A stretch of 64,000 bases of DNA. Origin: Candidatus Kaiserbacteria bacterium (lineage in GTDB: Bacteria > Patescibacteriota > Minisyncoccia > Phycocordibacterales > Phycocordibacteraceae). The notes under the pieces are model-generated. The model was given only the letters and a program-made list of their open reading frames with translations, made no database searches and was not told where the DNA came from. The DNA lies in assembly GCA_029288835.1 (NCBI GenBank), contig JARIGN010000004.1, positions 22,313-86,312 on the forward strand, in the 5' to 3' direction. The translations under genes and the position numbers were made by a program. Of this stretch, positions 31,627 to 41,451 are shown piece after piece. Positions within the stretch are counted from its first letter, which is position 1. Each line of letters opens with the position of its first letter.

Positions 31627-32793
31627 ATGGCTCTTTTCGCGCCGAAAAAAACTCGGACGTCCTTCGCACTTTTTGACTGTAACTCGACCTCTGTAGGAGG
31701 TGCACTTGCGCATATCGAAGGCGGCAACCTTCCGCTGATCTACTACACCGTGCGTCAGCCAATAGAGACGCGCGAGCATGAGACCTCAAGTGAAGCCATG
31801 CTCCGTACGCTTGCGTCAGTAGCCGAAGCACTCAGCACCAAGGGCGGCCCGACTCTTCGAAGCGAGACAGGTAGTGGGCATATTGACCGAGTGCTTGTGT
31901 GTATTGGGACGCCATGGCAAAAGACTTCCATCAGGATAGAAGCACTTTCAGAGCAAAAGCCATTTCTTTTTACGCAAGCGCTTGTGTCAGACATATTAAA
32001 GAAAGACACGTCTATTCCGGAAGGCTTTACCAAATCCCGCGAGAGCATCATTGGCACGCTTTTAAATGGCTACGAGACCTCCCAGCCCTATGGAAAGAAG
32101 GTAAATCGCGCGGAAATCGTGGTGCTTTCCTCCTATGTGCAAAATGATATTGCCGAGAAAATAGAGAAGGTGGTGCGCAAGACATACCATACCCACGCGC
32201 TCACCGTCACCGCTTTCGCTTCGGTTGCATACACCGCACTCCACGAGCTCTATCCTCATGAAAAAGACTTCCTCGTGCTTGAAGTGTCAGGAGAAGCTAC
32301 GGACATTGCCTTCGTGAAGCGCGGCTTTTTGGTAGACATTACTTCGCTCTCGCATGGCCTCAATGACTTGCTGCGCAGTGCAAAGACTATCGGCAAAAAA
32401 GTAACCCAGGAAGTGTCGGCGGGAGATTCGGCAACAGAGCCTACTCCTTCCTCGGGCTCCACGATGATCTTGCCGAAGCGAAATGAGGTGTTTAGTACTC
32501 ATGTTGAAGAAATCGAGAAGGAATGGCTGCAAAATATTGTGCAGGCCCTTAAAGAGGCGTCTGACCGCCATGCACTTCCGCATACGCTTTTCTTGCTTGC
32601 AGACCCTGAGGTACGCGAGTACTTGAGCCGGCTTCTCGACTCAAACAGTATGCGCTCGCTTTGGTTCTCTCAGGATCCATTGCGCATCCTGCAGGTCATT
32701 CCATCTCATTTTGCCCAGGTCGTGAAAGTGCGCGGGGAAGCAGATGGGGACGTGTACCTTGAACTCCTTGCTCTCTACAGCAGAACGCTCTAG
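31627..32793 (+). CDS. FtsA/PilM-like actin-fold protein, divergent
   Basis: ALFDCNSTSVGGAL (phosphate-1-like), FLVLEVSGEATDIAF (phosphate-2-like), LLNGYET. Confidence 0.65.
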   Translation: MALFAPKKTRTSFALFDCNSTSVGGALAHIEGGNLPLIYYTVRQPIETREHETSSEAMLRTLASVAEALSTKGGPTLRSETGSGHIDRVLVCIGTPWQKTSIRIEALSEQKPFLFTQALVSDILKKDTSIPEGFTKSRESIIGTLLNGYETSQPYGKKVNRAEIVVLSSYVQNDIAEKIEKVVRKTYHTHALTVTAFASVAYTALHELYPHEKDFLVLEVSGEATDIAFVKRGFLVDITSLSHGLNDLLRSAKTIGKKVTQEVSAGDSATEPTPSSGSTMILPKRNEVFSTHVEEIEKEWLQNIVQALKEASDRHALPHTLFLLADPEVREYLSRLLDSNSMRSLWFSQDPLRILQVIPSHFAQVVKVRGEADGDVYLELLALYSRTL

Positions 32794-32859
32794 GGCTAAA
32801 GCCTTCTTTTATACCCACCACCGGTTTTACATCTACACAACGTTATATATACTAAAGCA

Positions 32860-34320
32860 ATGCCACGAACATTTGATGATATCATCCCACCGTCTCGCAG
32901 ACGCCGCATGGAAGAGGAGTCACAGCAAGGACAGCAGCAGATACCCGTTGAGCCCGAGCCGTATCAGCCAGCTCCTGGTCCTGTAGAAGCACCAGCAGAC
33001 GAATACGGAGAGCCAATGCCTGAGCAAGAAGCAGCAGAACCCACGAATACCACGCCACTGCCGCCAGCCTCGCATCACCACCACACTTCAAATCCATTTC
33101 CTAACACTTCCTACGCCCCAAGCTCCCGACCTAGCCAAGATTACCAGCAAGCTATGCCTCCTGCTCATCCACCACGCATCAAAATTAAGGTTGGCCGAAG
33201 TTTTCCATATGGTACGGCTTTGATTGTTCTCGTCATTATTGCCGTATGTGCCGGCGTACTCTACGCAAATGCGGGTGCTGAGGTAAAAGTGGTTCCTACC
33301 ACCCAAACCGGCTCCGTTAGCGGAGACTTTACCGCAACGCAGGGGAGCGGAAGCCTTCCATTCACCGTAGTGACATTTACTAAGACTGACAGCATGACCG
33401 TTCCTGCCGAGAGCACGACCAACGCAAGCACGAGCGCGCAGGGCACCATTGTTATCTCAAACGCCCAAACAAAGCCTCAGCAGCTCATCACCAACACGCG
33501 CTTCCAAACTGATAGCGGCCTCGTGTACCGCATCCATAGTGCTGTCACCATTCCGGCAGCTACCGCAAGCGGCCCCGGGAAAGTAACGGCTACCGTCTAT
33601 GCAGACCAGCCAGGACAAAGCTTTAACATTGGCCCTAGTAGCTTCACGCTTCCTGGCCTTAAAGGTGACCCTGCCTACACACTCGTCACTGCACAGTCTA
33701 CGGGCCCAATAGCAGGAGGATATTCGGGAGTTCGTCCATCAGTCAGTATGTCTACTGATCTTTCAACCCAGGCAAGCCTTCAGACAAAGCTCGCAAGCGA
33801 GCTCCAGGCAGGCGTTGGTACCAAGCTACCGCAGGGCTATGTCATCATTCCGGGCGGCAGTACCACAAATTACGAAGCGCTTCCTGATACGGCTTCAAGC
33901 ACTTCGGTAGTTGTGAGCGAGCAGGGTACCGTAAATGCTATTGCATTCCCATCCTCTGCGCTTGCTCAGGCAATTGCCTATAAGATTGCAGGTACCTATT
34001 CTGGCCAGCCGGTACAGCTTTTAAGTCCTTCTACCCTCAGCCTTACCCCAGACGCTACCAGCACCAATCTTTCATCAGCGACAAGCTACTCTTTCTCGCT
34101 TTCGGGCAATGCCACGATCATTTGGCAGGTTGACCAGTCTAAGATCGCAGGTGCCGTAGCAGGAAAGACCCGTGACTCAGCACAAAGCATTTTGGCCGGT
34201 TTTCCTGAGGTTCAGAGCGCTGTCTTGACGCTTCGCCCATTCTGGGACAGTACATTCCCTCAGGATCCAAGCCATATTCACGTGATCGTGCAGCAGCCAA
34301 GCGCTACAGGAGCGAAGTAA
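32860..34320 (+). CDS. Membrane-anchored baseplate J/gp47-like protein of CPR type
   Basis: DIIPP N-terminal motif, disordered linker, TM helix, then AQGTIVISN..NTRFQT..VYADQPG..FNIGP. Confidence 0.7.
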   Translation: MPRTFDDIIPPSRRRRMEEESQQGQQQIPVEPEPYQPAPGPVEAPADEYGEPMPEQEAAEPTNTTPLPPASHHHHTSNPFPNTSYAPSSRPSQDYQQAMPPAHPPRIKIKVGRSFPYGTALIVLVIIAVCAGVLYANAGAEVKVVPTTQTGSVSGDFTATQGSGSLPFTVVTFTKTDSMTVPAESTTNASTSAQGTIVISNAQTKPQQLITNTRFQTDSGLVYRIHSAVTIPAATASGPGKVTATVYADQPGQSFNIGPSSFTLPGLKGDPAYTLVTAQSTGPIAGGYSGVRPSVSMSTDLSTQASLQTKLASELQAGVGTKLPQGYVIIPGGSTTNYEALPDTASSTSVVVSEQGTVNAIAFPSSALAQAIAYKIAGTYSGQPVQLLSPSTLSLTPDATSTNLSSATSYSFSLSGNATIIWQVDQSKIAGAVAGKTRDSAQSILAGFPEVQSAVLTLRPFWDSTFPQDPSHIHVIVQQPSATGAK

Positions 34321-34375
34321 GCCAAAGACTAGTTGACGACAAATGGCTTACTTGCTACTATAAGAATCGCTACAC

Positions 34376-34588
34376 ATGGCAGAAACACAGACGGAGCCGG
34401 TAATCGGCAGAGTGGAAGAAGTCCTTCCGAATAGCCTCTTTAGAGTGCGTCTTCCGTCTGATGAGCTCGTGCTTGCGTACCTCGCCGGTAAGATGCGATT
34501 GCATCGCATTCGTGTGTTGGTGGGTGACCAGGTAGAGCTCGTTCTCGATCCATACGGCGGCAGGGCACGAGTCGTCAAAAGACTCTAG
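34376..34588 (+). CDS. infA: Translation initiation factor IF-1
   Basis: EVLPNSLFRV, AYLAGKMRLHRIRVLVGDQV. Confidence 0.97.
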   Translation: MAETQTEPVIGRVEEVLPNSLFRVRLPSDELVLAYLAGKMRLHRIRVLVGDQVELVLDPYGGRARVVKRL

Positions 34589-34627
34589 TCAGCAAAATTT
34601 TGCAAACTTATTAATTTATTGATTACG

Positions 34628-34744
34628 ATGAAAGTACGCGCTTCAATCAAAAAGCAGCAACCAGGAGACATTCTCGTCCGCCGCCGCGGCCGTCTTTATC
34701 GTATTAATAAGATTAACCCGCGCCGCAAGGCTCGCCAGGGCTAA
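34628..34744 (+). CDS. rpmJ: 50S ribosomal protein L36, zinc-free type (not in the ORF track)
   Basis: Manual translation [38 protein letters not shown]. Confidence 0.96.
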   Translation: MKVRASIKKQQPGDILVRRRGRLYRINKINPRRKARQG

Positions 34745-34765
34745 CATTTCCGTAATCTATTCACT

Positions 34766-35146
34766 ATGCGTATCGCCGGAGTAACTCTTCCTGATGACAA
34801 GCAGCTTGCCTACTCGCTGCCTATTATCGTTGGTATTGGACCATCACGTGCTCGCGAAATCTTGAAGCAGGCAAAGGTCGCTCCAACCAAGAAGGGGTCT
34901 GAGCTTACCGCTGATGAAGAGCAGACTATCCGCACCCTCGCTGAAAGCTTCACTATCGAAGGTGAGCTTCGTCGCGAGGTAGGGCAGAACATTAAGCGCC
35001 TTAAGGACATTCGTGCAGCACGCGGCATTCGCCATGAGCGCCGCCTTCCGGTTCGCAATGGTCGCACCAAGACCAACTCTCGCACGGTTCGTGGAAACAC
35101 CCGTAAGACTATGGGTTCAGGTCGCCGCACGCTTGAGAAGACATAA
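34766..35146 (+). CDS. rpsM: 30S ribosomal protein S13
   Basis: MRIAGV, GIG, EGELRREV..NIKRL, RTKTNSRT. Confidence 0.97.
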   Translation: MRIAGVTLPDDKQLAYSLPIIVGIGPSRAREILKQAKVAPTKKGSELTADEEQTIRTLAESFTIEGELRREVGQNIKRLKDIRAARGIRHERRLPVRNGRTKTNSRTVRGNTRKTMGSGRRTLEKT

Positions 35147-35176
35147 AAGAGCTGCTTTTAATTTACTAAATCAACC

Positions 35177-35611
35177 ATGGGTAAGAAACGAATTATTAAG
35201 AAGTCAGGAAAGGGAATGGACCAGGGACGCAAGGAGCGAGCCCTTAACAAAGCCGTCAAAAAGCGTCTTGAGCGCGGCATTCTTCATGTCGAGGCTACCT
35301 TCAACAACACAAAAGCAGTCCTTACCGACGAAAAGGGCAACGCTATCATGGCTTCATCTGCAGGAGCACTCGGCTTCTCTGGCGCTCGAAAGTCTACTCC
35401 CTACGCAGCAGCAAAGGTTGGTGAACTTCTTGGTGATCGCGCACTCGTGATTGGCCTTAAGGAAGCAAGCGTCGTTATCCGTGGGGTTGGTGCAGGCCGT
35501 GAGTCAGTCCTTCGCGCATTCTCTGGAAAGGGTATTGGTATTAACGCTATCAAGGACGCTACACCAGTGCCGCACAACGGCCCTCGTGCAAAGAAGCCAC
35601 GTCGCGTATAG
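35177..35611 (+). CDS. rpsK: 30S ribosomal protein S11
   Basis: ATFNNT, RKSTPYAA, DATPVPHNG. Confidence 0.97.
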   Translation: MGKKRIIKKSGKGMDQGRKERALNKAVKKRLERGILHVEATFNNTKAVLTDEKGNAIMASSAGALGFSGARKSTPYAAAKVGELLGDRALVIGLKEASVVIRGVGAGRESVLRAFSGKGIGINAIKDATPVPHNGPRAKKPRRV

Positions 35612-35638
35612 CTCTAGCAGAATAATTATCAAATATTT

Positions 35639-36247
35639 ATGAAAGTAGGACCAAAATACAAGATCGCAAAACGCCTCGGCCCGTCAGTCTTTGAAAAGAC
35701 GCAGACGCAGAAGTTTGCTATTGCCCAGGAGCGCGCTGCAAAGAACAAGAAGCGTGGCCGTGGCCCAACCGAGTACGGAAAGCAGCTACTCGAGAAGCAA
35801 AAGGTGCGTATGACCTACGGCCTTTCTGAAAAGCAGTTCAGCAACTACATCCAGGAAGCAATGAAGACTCACGGCGTGCCTCCAACCGAAACGCTTCACC
35901 GCCTCCTTGAGCTTCGCCTTGATAACGTGGTCTATCGCATGGGTCTTGCACCGACACGCCGCGCAGCTCGCCAGATGGTCTCCCATGGTCATGTGACAGT
36001 TAACGGCGTGAAGACAACGATCCCATCTCGCCGCGTCCATCTTGGCGATGCTATATCCGTGCGCGACGGCAGCAAGAGCCGTGGGCCGTTTGAAAACCTC
36101 AGCGAAAAGCTTTCCGAGCACCGCGCTCCATCCTGGCTTACCTTCGACGCGAAGGCGATGCAGGGAGGCGTGCAGCAGATGCCAACGTTTGAAGCAACCG
36201 ACACGGCAGGAGACTTGGCATCGGTGATCTCTTTCTACTCTCGTTAG
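35639..36247 (+). CDS. rpsD: 30S ribosomal protein S4
   Basis: EYGKQLLEKQK, LELRLDNVVYRMG, ARQMVSHGH. Confidence 0.97.
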   Translation: MKVGPKYKIAKRLGPSVFEKTQTQKFAIAQERAAKNKKRGRGPTEYGKQLLEKQKVRMTYGLSEKQFSNYIQEAMKTHGVPPTETLHRLLELRLDNVVYRMGLAPTRRAARQMVSHGHVTVNGVKTTIPSRRVHLGDAISVRDGSKSRGPFENLSEKLSEHRAPSWLTFDAKAMQGGVQQMPTFEATDTAGDLASVISFYSR

Positions 36248-36328
36248 ACCGTAGAAAGAAGATTAGCAGCTCGCTCGTTTTGTTTTTGTTTAATACATTA
36301 TTCACTTTGGTTAACTAAAGATTGCGTT

Positions 36329-37300
36329 ATGGAATACCACATCACCCTACCCTCAAAGCCTCGTGTTGTCTCAGAAGAAGGCATGCTTGGCATTTACGAA
36401 ATTGACTCGCTCTATCCTGGCTATGGCCAGACCCTGGGCAACAGTCTTCGCCGCATTATTTTCTCATCGCTTCCAGGCGCTGCTATTACGTCCGTAAGGA
36501 TTGACGACGTGCAGCACGAGTTTGCAACCGTCGACGGCATTCGTGAATCAGTCATGGAAATTCTTCTTAACCTTAAGCGCGTACACTTCACGCTTCATGG
36601 TGATGAGCCACAGACTATCCGCCTTTCTATTAAAGGTCCAAAGCAGGTAACGGCTGCGGATTTCCAGACCCCAAGCCAGGTGGAGATTGCAAATCCAGAG
36701 CAGCACATCGCTGACATTTCTGGCAAGATTAATTTTGAGCTCGAAGCTACCATTGAGCGCGGCCTCGGCTACGTGCCTCGCGAAGTGCTTAACAAGGAGA
36801 AAGCAGAGATCGGTACGATCGCACTTGATGCGGCATTCACCCCTATTCGCCGTGCAAACTACGAAGTAGAAGACATGCGCGTGGGCGATCGCACCGACTA
36901 CAACCGCCTTCGCATCATCATTGAAACCAATGGCACCATTAGCCCTCGTGAAGCCCTTGAGCGCTCTATCGAGATCATGATTCACCAGCTCAAGTCTATT
37001 GTTGGCTTCCAGGAGGAAGCTGAGCTTCCTACAGCACATGCTTCGACAGCTTCAGCACATCACGAAGAAGCTGCGATGAGCGCAGAGGACGAAAGCAAGG
37101 ACACTTCCAAGATGAAGATCGATGACCTCAACCTTTCTACCCGCACCACTACCGCGCTTTCAGAAGCAGGTATCCGGACGGTAGCAGGCCTCGCCCGCAA
37201 GACGGCAGCAAGCCTTAAGGAGCTTGATGGGGTAGGAGACAAGGCTATCACCGAGATCTCTGAAGCCCTTGCAAGCCTTGGCCTATCCCTCAAGGATTAG
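36329..37300 (+). CDS. rpoA: RNA polymerase alpha subunit
   Basis: GYGQTLGNSLRR, HEF, GIRESV, VGDRTDY, alpha-CTD IDDLNLSTRT. Confidence 0.98.
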   Translation: MEYHITLPSKPRVVSEEGMLGIYEIDSLYPGYGQTLGNSLRRIIFSSLPGAAITSVRIDDVQHEFATVDGIRESVMEILLNLKRVHFTLHGDEPQTIRLSIKGPKQVTAADFQTPSQVEIANPEQHIADISGKINFELEATIERGLGYVPREVLNKEKAEIGTIALDAAFTPIRRANYEVEDMRVGDRTDYNRLRIIIETNGTISPREALERSIEIMIHQLKSIVGFQEEAELPTAHASTASAHHEEAAMSAEDESKDTSKMKIDDLNLSTRTTTALSEAGIRTVAGLARKTAASLKELDGVGDKAITEISEALASLGLSLKD

Positions 37301-37370
37301 TAAAAAGGGCCATTATTTGACTAGGGAAGTGAAAAAAGGTAAGGTATAGCGACAAGATTTTAGATTAGGT

Positions 37371-37730
37371 ATGCGACATCACCACAAAGGACGATCATTC
37401 GGACGACCAAAGAGTCAGCGCGACGCGCTGCTTCGTTCGCTTGCCCGCTCACTCTTCCTTCACGAGACTATCTCTACAACTGACGCGAAAGCTCGTGAGC
37501 TTCGCCCGTTTGTCGAGAAAATTATCTCCCATGGCCGTGTTGATACTGTCGCAAACCGTCGCCTCGTCTCTTCTCGTATGGGCAATGATGAGGAAGTCGT
37601 AAAGAAGATCTTCACGAGCATTGGTCCTCGCTATGCTACCCGCCCAGGTGGGTACACCCGCATCGTGAAGCGCCCTATCTCAAACACCGCAAGCGATGGT
37701 CGCGAAAACGCCTACATTGCGCTCGTATAG
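37371..37730 (+). CDS. rplQ: 50S ribosomal protein L17
   Basis: MRHH, TTDAKARELR, RPGGYTRIVK. Confidence 0.97.
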   Translation: MRHHHKGRSFGRPKSQRDALLRSLARSLFLHETISTTDAKARELRPFVEKIISHGRVDTVANRRLVSSRMGNDEEVVKKIFTSIGPRYATRPGGYTRIVKRPISNTASDGRENAYIALV

Positions 37731-37746
37731 CATCCCTAGAATATTT

Positions 37747-38151
37747 ATGGCAAACACTATCGCACAAAAAGTATCCAAGCAGCGCACGCTCCAAAACGTG
37801 GAAGTAATTCGCTACACTATTGACGCTTCCGGCCGTAGCCTTGGTCGCGTCGCAAGTGAAGCTGCTTCAGCACTTCTTGGAAAGAAGTCTGCACACTATG
37901 TGCAGAACCTCGTACTTCCGGTAGAGGTTACCGTTACGAATGCTGACAAGCTCTCGCTTTCAGAGCGCCGCATCGCCGGAAAGATTTACCAGCGCTACAC
38001 CGGCTATCCAGGCGGCCTTAAGGAAACCAACATGGCTTCCATGATCGAAAAGAAAGGGAAGACCGAAGTGCTCCGCATCGCTATTGATGGCATGCTTCCG
38101 CGCAACAAGCTCCGCAAGGATCGCATGAAGCGTTTGACGATAACTGCATAG
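37747..38151 (+). CDS. rplM: 50S ribosomal protein L13
   Basis: IDASGRSLGRVAS, YTGYPGGLK, GMLPRNKLR. Confidence 0.96.
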   Translation: MANTIAQKVSKQRTLQNVEVIRYTIDASGRSLGRVASEAASALLGKKSAHYVQNLVLPVEVTVTNADKLSLSERRIAGKIYQRYTGYPGGLKETNMASMIEKKGKTEVLRIAIDGMLPRNKLRKDRMKRLTITA

Positions 38152-38176
38152 TTAGCGCCACTTATTCAAATTATTT

Positions 38177-38581
38177 ATGCCTGAGAAAACACAAACCTAC
38201 ACCACTGCCGTTGGACGCCGCAAGACTGCGAGCGCTCGCGTAAAGCTCACTCCTGCAAGCAAGATGAGCATTACCGTGAATGGAAAGCCAGCAGAGCAGT
38301 ACTTCAACACGAAGGAGCGCCTTTCTATTACTGCTGACACCTTCCGCCTTGATGACGTGACCGGCACCTACGAAGTCACCGCAAAGGTTATGGGGGGAGG
38401 CATTTCTGCACAGGCAGAAGCACTTCGCCATGCTATCGCTCGTGCCCTCGTAAAGGAGAATGCAGGCCTTCGCGCACCGCTTAAGAGCGCAGGATACCTT
38501 AAGCGCGATCCTCGAGCAGTCGAGCGCAAGAAGCCAGGTCTCCGCAAAGCTCGCAAGCGCCCACAGTGGAGTAAGCGTTAG
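38177..38581 (+). CDS. rpsI: 30S ribosomal protein S9
   Basis: GRRKTA, GGGISAQA, RDPRAVERKKPG, QWSKR. Confidence 0.97.
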   Translation: MPEKTQTYTTAVGRRKTASARVKLTPASKMSITVNGKPAEQYFNTKERLSITADTFRLDDVTGTYEVTAKVMGGGISAQAEALRHAIARALVKENAGLRAPLKSAGYLKRDPRAVERKKPGLRKARKRPQWSKR

Positions 38582-38701
38582 TTTCGAAGCAAGAGCGTTT
38601 TATAAAGTTTAGCGAATTGCCACATTTCCAAAGTGTGGTATTTTGCTTTTAGATTGTTAGCATGCTAAACGCATGCCCCTCAAAGAAGCAGGAGCTACAA
38701 A

Positions 38702-39856
38702 GTGGCGAATGAAAAGACTAACTCGTGCAATCTGGCTCAAATCTTTCCTCAAGGAGACGCTCTACTTGAGAATTGGCCAGAAAAGGATGTGACGAAGGAT
38801 ATGGTAGTGAGGGGAGTACTAAATATCATTCTTAGAAATGGCATTTCCCACTCCACAACCATAGAAAATAATATGCTGGCGGTTCCCGTTACGTTATTTT
38901 CACTCCCTGAAATAGCCAAGGATGTATTCGATTTTTACTTTAAAAAGACACCACCCTCCGGCCTGAAGGAAAATCCTCGTCTTCCCAAGAGAGAGTTTAT
39001 CTTTCCGGGCATTCTTACTGATCTTAAGAGTGGCGGTCAGTTTGAGTGGTGTGAGTTCGCCATTGAGTCCCTCATGCGATTACTACCCGGAGCGCTTGAG
39101 GACCTGAAGAACGGTATCCAGCCTTATGACTATGAAGCGTGGGTGTTGGGGTATCCCACAAATGAGTATGGCAAAGTAACTAATGACTACGCATGCACTT
39201 CACCTTATGCGCAGGTACAGTATCTGTCTGAGCTGTACCTGAGCCTTGTACAGAAAGAAATGGATGACATACCAAAGCGGGGTGCAGTACTTCGTCTCAC
39301 AGGAGTGTCCTTAGGAGCGAGCTTAGCGGCAATCGTTTCTTCTGGTTTTAACTCCAAGAGAAATAAAGTACAAGTAATACTGTATTCACCCGTTGCAATG
39401 GTTGGCATACGTCGCACTGGGCCATTAGCGTTCCCGCTCACTATTTGCGGATTGATTGCGGAGCACGCATATCACGGACTCACAAATTCAGGCACAAGAA
39501 AGCTCCGAGGAGAAATGCGCCATTTCCTCAAAAGGCTTTCCGTCATTTTATCCCATCGCATGAAAGTGCGAGATACGGGTGAAGATGCGAAATACAAGCA
39601 CAAGGCTCTCAAAAGCCTGCACAAGGCTGCTACCGCAGGCATTTGGCCTCGTGTGGGAGTTCGTGCGCGGATAGTATTGGGAAAGCATGATTTGCTAGCG
39701 CGAAGCATGTTGCGCAAGGTTAAGCGCTTTGTTCTTGACGTACCTGGGTATCAAGGAAGAACGATAGAGATGGGGCACCAACCGCCATTCTATCGTGCGA
39801 GAATGTGGCAGCACTTCGCTCGCGTGGTGAGGGTACTTGATCGTCCAGCGGAATAA
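38702..39856 (+). CDS. Putative alpha/beta-hydrolase fold protein
   Basis: SD AGGAG. FIFPG oxyanion-like strand, GVSLG nucleophile elbow, IVLGKHD acid, MGH histidine. Confidence 0.6.
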   Translation: MANEKTNSCNLAQIFPQGDALLENWPEKDVTKDMVVRGVLNIILRNGISHSTTIENNMLAVPVTLFSLPEIAKDVFDFYFKKTPPSGLKENPRLPKREFIFPGILTDLKSGGQFEWCEFAIESLMRLLPGALEDLKNGIQPYDYEAWVLGYPTNEYGKVTNDYACTSPYAQVQYLSELYLSLVQKEMDDIPKRGAVLRLTGVSLGASLAAIVSSGFNSKRNKVQVILYSPVAMVGIRRTGPLAFPLTICGLIAEHAYHGLTNSGTRKLRGEMRHFLKRLSVILSHRMKVRDTGEDAKYKHKALKSLHKAATAGIWPRVGVRARIVLGKHDLLARSMLRKVKRFVLDVPGYQGRTIEMGHQPPFYRARMWQHFARVVRVLDRPAE

Positions 39857-39937
39857 CTACGTATGGCCGGACACATTGTCCGGCCATTTCTTTAGAAATA
39901 AACTTGAAAAATGGCTCTTAAACGATATAGTTTCCAC

Positions 39938-40825
39938 ATGTATCAGGTACTACTTTTCTATAAATACGTGGATGTTGCTGAGCCGGAAGCGTTGGCGCAA
40001 GCACTCCGTGCAAAAGCCCAGGAACTCTCGCTTCTTGGTCGTGTTTTGGTAGCGACAGAAGGCATTAATGGCACGCTTGAAGGAAAGACCGAGGACACGG
40101 AGCAGTTTGCGAAGTGGTTTCTGTCGAAAGAATGTGCCAATGGCATTTTTTCAGATGTAAGTGTAAAGCGCAGCGAAGGAACGGGAGACGCTTTTCCGAA
40201 GCTTTCGGTAAAAGTGCGTGAGGAAATCGTCGGCACGAAGTTTTCAAAGGAGGATGCGTGCCCGCAGGTCCGCACCGCTCCGCGTATTTCTGCCGAAGAG
40301 CTTCGTAACTGGTTTGAAAATAACGAAGACTTCACCATCATCGACATGCGTAATGACTATGAATACGCTTCTGGGCATTTCAAAGGTTCTATTGATCCAG
40401 GCCTGCAGGCCTCTCGCGACCTTCCGGAAAAGCTTCCTGAGCTCGAAGCAAAGGGTTTGAAGAAAAAGAAAGTGCTCACCGTATGCACGGGTGGCATTCG
40501 CTGCGAGAAGATGTCAGCATATCTCATGAATAATGGCTTTGAAGACGTGTACCAGCTCGAGGACGGCATCCATGGTTATATGCAAAAGTATCCTGGAAAG
40601 GATTTTGTTGGAGCACTGTATACCTTTGATAAGCGAAAGACAATGGATTTTGGAGGTGAAAGGGAAGTGGTTGGCACCTGTTATTTGTGCGAGGCAAAGA
40701 CTGAAGAATACGTAAACTGCGCTAATGACCTCTGTCACCGGCATTTCCTCGTTTGCGCAGAATGCCAAACAGGACCAAAGACCTATTGCTCCGAGCTTTG
40801 CCAATATACGAAGGCATCGGTATAG
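39938..40825 (+). CDS. trhO: Rhodanese-domain tRNA uridine(34) hydroxylase (UPF0176/YceA)
   Basis: VLLFYKY, GRVLVATEGINGT, IDMRNDYEYASGHFKG, CTGGIRCEK, Cys-rich C-terminus. Confidence 0.9.
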   Translation: MYQVLLFYKYVDVAEPEALAQALRAKAQELSLLGRVLVATEGINGTLEGKTEDTEQFAKWFLSKECANGIFSDVSVKRSEGTGDAFPKLSVKVREEIVGTKFSKEDACPQVRTAPRISAEELRNWFENNEDFTIIDMRNDYEYASGHFKGSIDPGLQASRDLPEKLPELEAKGLKKKKVLTVCTGGIRCEKMSAYLMNNGFEDVYQLEDGIHGYMQKYPGKDFVGALYTFDKRKTMDFGGEREVVGTCYLCEAKTEEYVNCANDLCHRHFLVCAECQTGPKTYCSELCQYTKASV

Positions 40826-40847
40826 TATTTCCACTAACTACTCACCT

Positions 40848-41411
40848 ATGGACGATGAAATGCAAGACATGGATGTATCAATAGAAGCCGACGGTTCTGA
40901 AGAACTTGGCGGAAGCGAGGACGAGCTTGAAGCTGAAGAATCACGCGCGGAATCAAAGCTCGCGAAACTACGTAAAGAGCTTGAGCAAGCACGCAAAGAA
41001 AAGCAGGAAAACCTTGATGGATGGCAGCGCGCAAAGGCAGACTACGTAAACGCCCTCAAGCGCTTTGAGGAAGAAAAAAAAGCTGCGTTAGAAATGGGCG
41101 CACTTAAGGCGGCAAAAGCGTTTCTTCCGGCAATTGATTCATTTGAGCGAGCAAAACAAAGCAGCGAACTCCCTGAAGGTTTTGCAGGCATCGTGAAGCA
41201 GCTTGAGGATGCGGTGGGGAAGCTTGGACTTGAGCAGTTTGGTAAAGTAGGAGACCAGTTTGACCCAATGCTTCATGAGGCACTGGGGCAGGATCCTGTC
41301 ATTTCAGCAAAAGAGGACGATAAAGTCACTGCGGTTTTAGAGACTGGATGGAAGACAGGAGAGCAGGTTGTTCGGCCCGCGAAGGTGCGCGTCTCGCACT
41401 TTGAAGGATAG
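40848..41411 (+). CDS. grpE: Nucleotide exchange factor GrpE
   Basis: QRAKADYVN, FDPMLHEA, VVRPAKVRV. Confidence 0.96.
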   Translation: MDDEMQDMDVSIEADGSEELGGSEDELEAEESRAESKLAKLRKELEQARKEKQENLDGWQRAKADYVNALKRFEEEKKAALEMGALKAAKAFLPAIDSFERAKQSSELPEGFAGIVKQLEDAVGKLGLEQFGKVGDQFDPMLHEALGQDPVISAKEDDKVTAVLETGWKTGEQVVRPAKVRVSHFEG

Positions 41412-41422
41412 AGATCGCTGAT

Positions 41423-41451
41423 TTGAACTTATAAATCAGCAGGTGTAAAAT
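41423..41451 (+). promoter_or_regulatory. Putative dnaK promoter overlapped by an inverted repeat
   Basis: TTGAAC-N17-TAAAAT. Inverted repeat gctgattt-N8-aaatcagc at 41417-41440. Confidence 0.5.

Noticed and set aside
32860-34320. Prophage or contractile injection system suggested by the baseplate-J-like gene
   Set aside because: No sheath, tube, capsid or terminase genes. The protein is TM-anchored among housekeeping genes.
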